From Rhodoferax sp. (lineage in GTDB: Bacteria > Pseudomonadota > Gammaproteobacteria > Burkholderiales > Burkholderiaceae_C), in NCBI GenBank assembly GCA_036171375.1, contig JAVHQY010000067.1, forward strand, positions 1 through 50,796: a DNA stretch of 50,796 bases. Direction: 5' to 3'. Below the pieces are notes generated by a model, which searched no databases, had not been told where the DNA came from, and saw only the letters and a program-made list of their open reading frames with translations. Position 1 is the stretch's first letter. Every line of letters starts with the position of its first letter. The position numbers and the translations under genes are program-made. Shown here piece by piece: positions 1 to 8,270 of the stretch.

Positions 1-36
1 ACAACCCATCGACAGTTATTGGACTCTGACCCCGGT

Positions 37-67
37 ATTTGAATTTGAATTTGAATTTGAATTTGAA
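37..67. repeat. Hexanucleotide microsatellite (ATTTGA)x5
   Basis: Five perfect ATTTGA units read directly at 37-66. Confidence 0.9.
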
Positions 68-77
68 CCCACTTTCC

Positions 78-285
78 CCCGCCGTAATGAGGAGGCGAGT
101 AGCGCAGGGTTTGGCGGATCAGGGGCGCGTATGTTTGAGCGAAGCGAGTTTACGCGCACCCCGTCAAACCCGAGCAACGCAGCTTACCGGCGCAGCCGGG
201 CGACGAATCCGGCTCGCCTTCTCTTTGCTTACTTGCTCTTGGCGAAGCAAGAGAAAGTGAGTCGCCTGCCGGGGCGAGACCCGGC
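78..285. repeat. Nested palindromic intergenic element (REP/MITE-like)
   Basis: Nested inverted repeats: GGGTTTGGCGG/CCGTCAAACCC, GCGCGTA/TACGCGC, CTCTTG-GCGAAG-CAAGAG, and terminal hairpin GCCGGG-GCGAGA-CCCGGC (268-285), which recurs at 437-454. Boundaries approximate. Confidence 0.6.
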
Positions 286-329
286 CTGCCGCGCGCTGGC
301 AAGCGCATATCCGATAAACAACCAACCCC

Positions 330-418
330 GGGTTATTGGGGTCAGAGCCCAATTCGGTAAGGCTTTGTTGGCGAGCTCGCAAGCTCTGCCCCGAATTGGG
401 ATCCGACCCCGATAACCC
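330..418. repeat. 28-bp imperfect inverted repeat with GGGGTC(A/G)GA core
   Basis: GGGTTATTGGGGTCAGAGCCCAATTCGG (330-357) matches the reverse complement of 391-418 at 25/28. A related half-site lies at 16-36. Confidence 0.75.
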
Positions 419-516
419 TTTTGGGCCAGCTCCCCCGCCGGGGCGAAACCCGGCCCTGGGGCATCTCGGACAACATTTGTCAACTAAACTAAACCATGAG
501 CAAAAAACAAACACAT

Positions 517-586
517 GGATTGCCGCGTTGCACGCACTTTGACGATTCCGATGCGTCATTGCGAAGAGCACTGCAAGCTGGCAATC
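517..586. repeat. Degenerate CGTC-type REP-like doublet
   Basis: GGATTGCCGCG...TGACG (517-544) faces CGTCATTGCGA...GGCAATC (554-586). This resembles the CGTCATTGCGAG...GCAATCC palindromic repeat class (recalled, not searched). Confidence 0.45.
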
Positions 587-597
587 GCGGTGACAGC

Positions 598-2196
598 GTG
601 CCACGCTGCGCTCGCCGTGGCCGAACGACATGGCAAGCCCTGTTGACCTTGACCTTTGCGTTGGCGTTGCAGGCCTGCTCCAAAGCGCCTGCGCCGGCAC
701 CGGTTGCCACCGCAGCCGCGGCGGCAGCAGCGGTGGCCTGGGTCAAGCCAGCCGGTGCCGACATCGAGCCGATTTTTGCCCAGGCCAGAGCCAATCACCA
801 GGCGGTTTTTTTGTATTGGGGTGCGGTCTGGTGCCCGCCTTGCAACCAGGTCAAGGCCACCGTGTTCAACCGCCCCGATTTCATTGCGCGCAGCAAACAG
901 TTTGTCCCGGTCTATCTCGACGGTGACACGGCGGGGGCGCAAAAGCTGGGCACCCGCTTCAAGGTGCGCGGCTACCCGACCATGATTTTGTTCAACAGCG
1001 ACGGCAACGAGCTGATGCGCATTCCCGGTGAAGTCGATGCCGCCAAATATATGGAGCTGCTCGATCTGGGTCTGGCAAGCAACGCCACCATCAAGCAGTC
1101 GCTGACCCAGGCGCTCAGTGGGGCCGAGCTCACACCCGCGTCCTGGCGCTTGCTGGCTTACTACTCCTGGGATCAGGATCAGGCACAACTGGTTCCCAAG
1201 GACAAGCTGGCCAGCACGCTGGCGCAGCTCGCGCGTGCTTGCCCATCGGCGCAACGCGAAACCGCCAACCGGCTGTTTTTGAGAGCCATCGTTGCGCGCG
1301 CTCAAAGCAAAGCTGCTGCGCCCGATGCCGCTGCCAGTCTGGCCCACCTAAAGCTGGTTTTGTCCGATCCGGTGCAGACACGCGAAAGCGCCGACGTGCT
1401 GATCAACTACCCGACAGAACTGCTGGCTGCAGCCGGTCCAGCCCGCAGTCCCGAGCATTCGGCATTGCTGCTTGACTTCAACGCCGCGCTCGATCGCTTG
1501 CATGCCGATACCAGCCTGTCGCAGTCGGACCGGCTGGGCGCCATTGGTGCCAAAGTGGTGCTGGCCAAACTGGCGCTGCCCAAGTCAGCCACGCTGGCGC
1601 CAGAATTGGTGGCGCAGGCACGCCAGGCTGCGGCCGACGCGCAGCGACTCAGTGTCACGGCGCATGAGCGCCAGGCCATCGTTCCCAACGCTGCCGATCT
1701 GCTCAGTGAAGTCGGCCTGCTCGACGAATCCGACACCATGCTCAAAGCCGAATTGCCAACGGCGCTTTCGCCCTACTACCACATGCTGGTGCTGGCAGCC
1801 AACGCCAAGGCGCGTGGCGACAAGGCGGGCAGTCTGGACTGGTCGGAGAAAGCCTGGCACGCCGCACAGGGACCGGCCACGCGCCTGCAATGGGGCAGCG
1901 CGCACGTCAAGCGCTTGATCGAACTCGCGCCGCGGGATGCAGCGCGCATTGAGAAGGCGGCCAGCGACGTGCTGGCCGAGCTCGATGCCACAGCTGAGAC
2001 TTTTTACGAACGCAACCGGCGTGGGCTGGAGAAAATGGCGCTGCAACTCAAGTCGTGGGACCAACGAGGTCAGCACGCCCCGACGCTCAAACGGCTGGCA
2101 CAGCAGCTCGCGGGCGTGTGTGGCAAACTTAGCGCCGATGACGATGCGCGCCAAGCGTGTTCCGGCGTTTTCAAAAGCGCCTCTGCCAAAACCTGA
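598..2196 (+). CDS. Thioredoxin-fold (WCPPC) lipoprotein with large helical C-terminal region
   Basis: Signal peptide with lipobox LQAC, Ala/Pro linker, FLYWGAVWCPPC and GYPT cis-Pro loop. The ORF is open from ATG 496; GTG 598 is preferred because 517-586 looks like a repeat. Confidence 0.8.
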   Translation: MPRCARRGRTTWQALLTLTFALALQACSKAPAPAPVATAAAAAAAVAWVKPAGADIEPIFAQARANHQAVFLYWGAVWCPPCNQVKATVFNRPDFIARSKQFVPVYLDGDTAGAQKLGTRFKVRGYPTMILFNSDGNELMRIPGEVDAAKYMELLDLGLASNATIKQSLTQALSGAELTPASWRLLAYYSWDQDQAQLVPKDKLASTLAQLARACPSAQRETANRLFLRAIVARAQSKAAAPDAAASLAHLKLVLSDPVQTRESADVLINYPTELLAAAGPARSPEHSALLLDFNAALDRLHADTSLSQSDRLGAIGAKVVLAKLALPKSATLAPELVAQARQAAADAQRLSVTAHERQAIVPNAADLLSEVGLLDESDTMLKAELPTALSPYYHMLVLAANAKARGDKAGSLDWSEKAWHAAQGPATRLQWGSAHVKRLIELAPRDAARIEKAASDVLAELDATAETFYERNRRGLEKMALQLKSWDQRGQHAPTLKRLAQQLAGVCGKLSADDDARQACSGVFKSASAKT

Positions 2197-2202
2197 TCAC
2201 CT

Positions 2203-3291
2203 ATGAACTATCCGGTCATTTTTACCCTTGCCCTGGCACTGAGCCTGAGCGCTTGCAGCAAGGTCGCACCCAACGCCAGCAGCGCCAAACCGACGCTGCT
2301 GGTCGCCGCACACGACGTGTTCACTTTGCAACCCGGCAGCCTGACTTCCGGGCCGACCATCACTGGCAGCATCGAGCCCGAACGCCGCGCCGACTTGCGC
2401 GCTGAAGTGCCGGCCGTGGTGTTGCAAGTGCTCAAGGACAATGGCGACAAGGTCCGGCGCGGCGAATTGCTGGTGCGCCTGGACGATACGGCGATACGCG
2501 AGAACCTGGCTTCGGCGCAGGAAGCGGTGCGCGCTGCCAGCCTGTCTTTTGACCAGAGCGGCCGCGTGTGGCAGCGGCTCAGGACGCTGCGCGAATCGGG
2601 CATGGCATCGGTGCAGCAACTCGAAGACGCGCAAGCGCGTGAGGACGCGGCACGCAGCGAACTCTCCGCTGCCAAAGCCCGCGTCGTGCAGGCGCGCCAG
2701 CAACTCGAGCGCACGCTGGCACGCGCACCGTTTGACGGCGTGGTCAGCGAGCGCAAGGTGTCGGTCGGTGACACCACCCAGATCGGCAAGGAACTGCTCA
2801 AGGTGATGGATCCGGCCAGCTTGCGCTTTGAGGGCCGCGTGTCAGCGGATGCCGTCGGGCAGATCAAGCCTGGCCAGGCCGTCCACTTTCAGGTGAGCGG
2901 CTCTGGCGCTCAGGAATTCAGCGGCACTGTCAAGCGCATCAACCCGGCTGCCAACGCCACCACCGGGCAAATTGAAGTGCTGGTTGGTTTTGCCGACAGC
3001 CACCGACTGCAACTGGCCGGTCTGTATGCCGAAGGGCATATTGAGGCCAGCGCTCGCCCCACTTTGATGTTGCCGGCACTGGTGCTGGCACGCGAGGGCG
3101 ACAAGGCTTTTGTCTGGCGCTTGAGCCAATCCCGACTGCAAAAGGTTGCCGTGCTGTTGGGCCAGCGTGACCTGCGCAGCGGCGACTACGTGGCGCTGGG
3201 TGGCGTGAACGCCGGCGACTTGTTGCTTCGCAATCCCGGCCCCAGCCTCAAGGATGGCCAGCCAGTGCAATTGGCAGGCGCGGGACAATAA
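2203..3291 (+). CDS. RND efflux periplasmic adaptor (membrane fusion protein)
   Basis: Lipobox LSAC, lipoyl-like motifs GDKVRRGELLVRLD and RAPFDGVV, coiled-coil hairpin. Confidence 0.93.
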   Translation: MNYPVIFTLALALSLSACSKVAPNASSAKPTLLVAAHDVFTLQPGSLTSGPTITGSIEPERRADLRAEVPAVVLQVLKDNGDKVRRGELLVRLDDTAIRENLASAQEAVRAASLSFDQSGRVWQRLRTLRESGMASVQQLEDAQAREDAARSELSAAKARVVQARQQLERTLARAPFDGVVSERKVSVGDTTQIGKELLKVMDPASLRFEGRVSADAVGQIKPGQAVHFQVSGSGAQEFSGTVKRINPAANATTGQIEVLVGFADSHRLQLAGLYAEGHIEASARPTLMLPALVLAREGDKAFVWRLSQSRLQKVAVLLGQRDLRSGDYVALGGVNAGDLLLRNPGPSLKDGQPVQLAGAGQ

Positions 3292-3293
3292 GA

Positions 3294-6200
3294 ATGTTTT
3301 TGTCTGATTTCAGCATTCGCCGCCCGGTGGCGATGGTGGTCATCATCATTGGCTTGATGGCAGTGGGGCTGCTGGCGCTGAACAAGCTGCGCGTCAACCA
3401 GATACCCGATGTGGAAATGCCGGTGCTGGTGGTGAACATGCCCTATCCCGGCGCTTCGCCCGAAAGTGTCGAGCGCGAAATCATCAACCGGGTTGAAAAA
3501 TCGCTGCAAAGCATCAGCGGCGTGTACCAGATTCGCGCCACCGCCAGCGAGAGCAACGCCAGCATCGTGATTTTGTTCAACTTCAAGAAGAACATGATCG
3601 AAGCCTCGGACGAGGTGCGCAATGCCATCGCCGCGGTGCGCTACAAGCTGCCGGTGGAAATGCGCGAGCCGGTGCTGGTGCGCATTGATCCGTCGGCGCA
3701 GCCCATCATGCAGCTGGCCTTGTCCTCGAACAACTTGAACCACGGTGAAATTTCGCGCCTGGCCGAAGACGACCTGGCCAACCGCTTTCGCGCCATCGAG
3801 GGCGTTGCCGTGGTCAACATCAACGGCTCGCTGCGCCGCGAGCTCAGCGTGCTGCTGCGCTCGGAAAAAATGCGCCAGTACCACGTCTCGGTGGCCGAAG
3901 TCGCGGCGGCGCTGCGCAACCAGAACACCACCGCTCCGGTCGGCCGCATCAAAGGGCCACTCGATGAGCAAAGCATTCGGCTGGTGGGGCGCCTTGAATC
4001 GCCGGCCGAGTTCGAGCAAATCGTGCTTCGCCGCCGCGGCGCGGACGTGGTGCGATTGGGGCAGGTCGCCAGCATCACCGACGGCTACGCCGAACTGTCG
4101 GGGTTCAGCGTTCGCAACGGCCACCCCAACGTCGGCATCAGCGTGGCGCGATCGCGCGAAGCCAGCACGGTGGCGGTGGCAGCCAAAGTGCGTGAGCTGA
4201 TGCGCGACATCAACAAGACCTTGCCCAAGGGCACACAGCTCGAAGTGACGCGCGACGGCGGCGAAGAAGCGCAGAGCAACCTCAACAATGTCATTGAGTC
4301 GCTGCTGTTTGGTGCCGTGCTGACCATCTTCGTGGTCTATGTGTTCCTGAACTCCTGGCGCTCGACCTTGATCACGGCGCTGAGTTTGCCGACTTCGGTG
4401 ATTGCCGCATTCATTGCCGTCTGGCTGAGCGGCTTTACCCTCAATTTCATGACGCTGCTGGGACTGTCGCTGGCAATCGGTGTGCTGATTGACGATGCCA
4501 TTGTGGTGCGCGAGAACATCGTGCGCCACATGGCCAGCGGCGAAGACCGGCGCAGCGCTGCCAGCCACGGCACACAGGAGATCGGTCTGGCGGTGGCCGC
4601 CACCACTTTTTCTATCATCGCCGTGTTCATCCCGGTAGCGTTCATGGGCGGCGGTGCGGGCGAGTGGTTCCGACCGTTTGCCCTGACCGTGGCCAGTTCG
4701 GTGCTGGTGAGTCTGTTCATCTCTTTTACGCTGGACCCGATGCTGTCGGCCTATTGGGGCGACCCGGTGGCACTGGGCGGCCAGCAGCGCCACGCCGTCG
4801 GTGCGCTGCTGGAGCGTTTCAACAACTGGTTTAACCGGCAGGCCAACGGCTACGGTCTGGTGATCTCCTGGGCGCTCAGGCATCGGCGCTCGATGGCCTT
4901 CATTGCCGTATTCAGCCTGATTGCGGCGCTCGGTCTGCACGCCAAATTTGGCGGTTCGAGCTTTCTGCCCACGTCGGACGAGGGCACGCTGGCGATCGAA
5001 GTGCGCACGCCCTCGAGCGCCAGTCTGGAGTTGGCGCGGCTCAAAGTCGAGCAAGCCGCCACGCTGGCGCGCACCTTGCCAGAGACGCTCGCCACCAACA
5101 GCAACATCAACGCCGCTGGCGGTCGCATCTACGTCGATATCGGCAAGAGCACACAGCGCAAGCGCAGCGCGCAAACCATTGCCGCCGACTTGCGCTTGCA
5201 GATGGCGCGTCTGGTGGGCGCCGAGTACGTGGTGCTGGACGACCTGAACAACGGCACGCGCAAGCCGGTGCAAATCCAGTTTTCCGGCCCCGATGCGCGC
5301 CAGTTGATTCGCATTGCCAACGCCTTCATGGAGCAACTGCGCCACGTTGCGGGAGCGGTGGATATTGGGCTGTCAGAACTTGAGCCCAAGGACGAATTGC
5401 AGATCGAGCTCAAACGCGGCTTGGCCAATTCGCTGGGCATTTCAGTGGCCGACGCGGCACAAACGCTGCGCGTGGCTTTTGCTGGCGTTGAACTGGGCGA
5501 CTGGGTGGACCCCACCGGCGAAGCGCGCGACGTGGCGCTGCGACTACACCCCGACGACCGGCGCACCGCCGACAACATCGAGACCTTGCCAATGGCGATC
5601 AGTGGCAGCGACCAGAGCGTTGCGCTGGGTCAGGTTGCCACCCTGACGATGGGCAAAGGCCCGGCAAAAATCGAGCACCAGGATGGCAAACGCATGATGG
5701 CGGTGTCAGCCAACGTGCAGGGCCGCTCGGCCGGTGAAGTCACCAGCGATGCCATGAAGCTGGCCAAGGCGATCGAGTTTCCCAGCGGCTATGGCATTGA
5801 GCTGGGGGGCTCGGCGCGCGACCAGAAAGAGTTGTTTACCGAAATGGCGATCGCGCTGGTGATGGGCATTGGCCTGATGTACTTGATTCTGGTGGTGCAG
5901 TTCGGCTCCTTCACCGCGCCGCTGGCAGTCATGCTCTCCTTGCCGCTGAGTTTGATCGGTGTCGTCATCAGCCTGCTGCTCACCGGCGGCACCCTGAACC
6001 TGATGAGCTTTATCGGTGTCATCATGCTGATGGGGCTGGTGGCCAAAAATGCCATCCTGTTGCTGGACTGCGCGCGCAAGGAAGAAGCGCTTGGCACCGC
6101 GCGTGAAGCGGCTTTGATGCACGCCGGGCGACTGCGCTTGCGACCGATTCTGATGACCACCTTTGCGCTGATCGCCGGCATGCTGCCGGTGGCCATCGGG

Positions 6201-6494
6201 CTGGGCGAAGGCGGCGAATTCTACCGTCCGCTGGCGGTGGCCATCATCGGCGGCACCGTCACTTCCACGCTCCTGACGCTGCTGGTGGTGCCGACTTTTT
6301 ACGACAGCATCGAAATCACGCGCGATCGTGCGATTGCCAAGTTTCATCAACGCGCCGTGCAAGGCAACGCCTTTGTGGCTTTTGTCCTGACGCTGCTTGA
6401 GGCGCTGCTGGCGCTGTTGCTGCTGCGTTGGATTTACCGCCAGCTCCAGGCCGCGCTGCGGTGGTTGATGCAGCGCGGCGTGACCACCGTCTGA
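3294..6494 (+). CDS. RND efflux permease (AcrB/AcrD/AcrF family)
   Basis: 1066 aa; FSIRRPV N-terminus, TM4 IDDAIVVREN, TM10 GLVAKNAILL, RLRPILMTT. Confidence 0.95.
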   Translation: MFLSDFSIRRPVAMVVIIIGLMAVGLLALNKLRVNQIPDVEMPVLVVNMPYPGASPESVEREIINRVEKSLQSISGVYQIRATASESNASIVILFNFKKNMIEASDEVRNAIAAVRYKLPVEMREPVLVRIDPSAQPIMQLALSSNNLNHGEISRLAEDDLANRFRAIEGVAVVNINGSLRRELSVLLRSEKMRQYHVSVAEVAAALRNQNTTAPVGRIKGPLDEQSIRLVGRLESPAEFEQIVLRRRGADVVRLGQVASITDGYAELSGFSVRNGHPNVGISVARSREASTVAVAAKVRELMRDINKTLPKGTQLEVTRDGGEEAQSNLNNVIESLLFGAVLTIFVVYVFLNSWRSTLITALSLPTSVIAAFIAVWLSGFTLNFMTLLGLSLAIGVLIDDAIVVRENIVRHMASGEDRRSAASHGTQEIGLAVAATTFSIIAVFIPVAFMGGGAGEWFRPFALTVASSVLVSLFISFTLDPMLSAYWGDPVALGGQQRHAVGALLERFNNWFNRQANGYGLVISWALRHRRSMAFIAVFSLIAALGLHAKFGGSSFLPTSDEGTLAIEVRTPSSASLELARLKVEQAATLARTLPETLATNSNINAAGGRIYVDIGKSTQRKRSAQTIAADLRLQMARLVGAEYVVLDDLNNGTRKPVQIQFSGPDARQLIRIANAFMEQLRHVAGAVDIGLSELEPKDELQIELKRGLANSLGISVADAAQTLRVAFAGVELGDWVDPTGEARDVALRLHPDDRRTADNIETLPMAISGSDQSVALGQVATLTMGKGPAKIEHQDGKRMMAVSANVQGRSAGEVTSDAMKLAKAIEFPSGYGIELGGSARDQKELFTEMAIALVMGIGLMYLILVVQFGSFTAPLAVMLSLPLSLIGVVISLLLTGGTLNLMSFIGVIMLMGLVAKNAILLLDCARKEEALGTAREAALMHAGRLRLRPILMTTFALIAGMLPVAIGLGEGGEFYRPLAVAIIGGTVTSTLLTLLVVPTFYDSIEITRDRAIAKFHQRAVQGNAFVAFVLTLLEALLALLLLRWIYRQLQAALRWLMQRGVTTV

Positions 6495-6533
6495 AGCGCC
6501 GGTGCCAAATGTGAGGCGACCAATTGACGGGCA

Positions 6534-7400
6534 ATGACCTCGCTGTTTCGGAACCCCGGCAATTTGATACTGCTAAACTCAACCCAGTCAACAACCTTTG
6601 ACCCCGTGGCCCCTGAAACCTCATCTTCCACCATCAACCTGGGCGCCTTGCGCCTGGATGATGCGCGTGCGCTGCTCGAGCACGACGTGTCGGGCAAACT
6701 CCCCGCCAAGGAAGCTTCAGGGACAGCATTTTTGCAAGCGCTGATCGACAAACTGTGTGAGCTCTCGCTCAAAGACCCGCTCACCGGCCTGGCCAATCGG
6801 CGCCAGTTCCACAATGTGCTCAATCGTGAAATCGATTGCGTTGCACGCTCAGGTGAATCAGCCTTGCTGCTGATGCTCGACATCGATCATTTCAAAGCGG
6901 TCAACGACACCTATGGCCACCCGGCCGGTGATCTGGTACTGCAGGCCATCGCCAAGTGTTTGAGCTTGTGCGTGCGCCCGATGGACACCGTGGTGCGTTA
7001 CGGCGGCGAGGAATTTGCCGCCATTTTGCCTAACTGCCCAGCCTCCTATGGCAAGGTTGTGGCTGAGCGCATCCGCGAATCAGTGGCTGCGCTGGCCATT
7101 GTGGTGTCACCGCAAATGACCATCAAGGTGACAGTCAGCATTGGCGGTGCCTACGCCCCCGAATGGGTGCGCTCAACTGCATCGCTGTGGACCAATCGAG
7201 CTGATCTACAACTCTACCGTGCCAAGGAACAGGGCCGCAACCGGGTTTTTATCGATCAGCAACCTGAAATAGCGGTCAGCGCGGAAGAAAAAAGTCTGCT
7301 CTTTGGCCATCTCCTGACAGGCGATCCGTCATGGGTTCGAGACCACGTCGACAGTAGCGCCAGTCCGGCCGATGAAGCAGCAACCAAAGGGGTGAACTGA
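6534..7400 (+). CDS. Diguanylate cyclase (GGDEF domain), no obvious sensor domain
   Basis: DPLTGLANRR, DIDHFKAVNDTYGH, RxxD I-site (RPMD) and RYGGEEF. Start could be GTG 6606. Confidence 0.92.
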   Translation: MTSLFRNPGNLILLNSTQSTTFDPVAPETSSSTINLGALRLDDARALLEHDVSGKLPAKEASGTAFLQALIDKLCELSLKDPLTGLANRRQFHNVLNREIDCVARSGESALLLMLDIDHFKAVNDTYGHPAGDLVLQAIAKCLSLCVRPMDTVVRYGGEEFAAILPNCPASYGKVVAERIRESVAALAIVVSPQMTIKVTVSIGGAYAPEWVRSTASLWTNRADLQLYRAKEQGRNRVFIDQQPEIAVSAEEKSLLFGHLLTGDPSWVRDHVDSSASPADEAATKGVN

Positions 7401-7402
7401 CT

Positions 7403-8239
7403 ATGAGCGATGTCCAGAATGCGACACCGGCAGCCGCTGCGGCAATCGATGTGCCACTCAAGCCATTGGGCAAGGTACTGGCCGTCACCAGCGGCAAGGG
7501 TGGTGTCGGCAAGACTTTCGTGTCGGCCAATCTGGCCGCCGCGCTGGCCAAACGCGGACACCGCGTACTGGTGCTCGATGCCGACCTGGGCCTGGCCAAT
7601 CTCGACGTGGTGCTCAACCTGTACCCCAAGGTCACGTTGCACGATGTGTTTACCGGCAAGGCCAAACTCGAAGAAGCCATCATTCGCGCGCCGGGCGGTT
7701 TTTCGGTGCTGCTGGCCGGCTCGGGAATGGTGGAGTATTCGCGTCTGACACCCGAAGTGCGCGATGATTTTCTCAAAATCATCAGCAGCCTGATTCCGCA
7801 CTATGACGTTGTGCTGCTCGATACCGGTGCCGGTATTTCCGATGTGGTTTTGTTTGCCGTCTCGCTGGCCTCCGAGGTGCTGGTGGTCGCCACCCCGGAG
7901 CCGACCTCGCTGACCGATGCCTACGCCACCATCAAGGTGCTGGTGAGTCAGCAAAAGAGGCAAACCGTGCGCATGGTGATCAACCAGACCGTCCGTCTGG
8001 GCGACGGTCGGGCGATTACGGCACAGTTGCAGCAGGTGCTGGATCGTTTCGTGCGAACCGAATCTGGCCGCGCGCTGCAACTGATCCACCTGGGTGACAT
8101 CCCGGCCGACAACGCCGTGCGCCAGGCGGTGATGCGTCGCCAACTGTTGCTGCAAACCATGCCCGGCTGTCAAGCCGCGCTGGCCATCGCGCAATTGGCC
8201 AGCAAGCTCGAAGACAGCATCATCAAGCGGCCCGCCTGA
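7403..8239 (+). CDS. MinD/ParA-family ATPase, FlhG/FleN-like
   Basis: Deviant Walker A SGKGGVGKT, DADLGLAN, DTGAG, TPEPTSLTDAYATIK. Confidence 0.9.
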   Translation: MSDVQNATPAAAAAIDVPLKPLGKVLAVTSGKGGVGKTFVSANLAAALAKRGHRVLVLDADLGLANLDVVLNLYPKVTLHDVFTGKAKLEEAIIRAPGGFSVLLAGSGMVEYSRLTPEVRDDFLKIISSLIPHYDVVLLDTGAGISDVVLFAVSLASEVLVVATPEPTSLTDAYATIKVLVSQQKRQTVRMVINQTVRLGDGRAITAQLQQVLDRFVRTESGRALQLIHLGDIPADNAVRQAVMRRQLLLQTMPGCQAALAIAQLASKLEDSIIKRPA

Positions 8240-8270
8240 GCGCCTGCGCTGGCGTGCGCCAATCAGACCA

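Noticed and set aside
39-794. Short ORFs in the first 800 bp (e.g. MNLNLNLN..., 164-700)
   Set aside because: They are translations of microsatellite and palindromic repeats with no protein motifs.
3186-5345. 719-aa antisense ORF, and similar long shadow ORFs (19661-21469, 24407-26080, 12067-13395, 37077-38300)
   Set aside because: They lie opposite well-supported genes and carry no recognisable motifs; such ORFs are expected from GC-rich codon bias.
7403-8239. Assigning minD, parA or flhG as gene symbol
   Set aside because: There is no minC/minE, parB or flhF context, so orthology cannot be established by eye.
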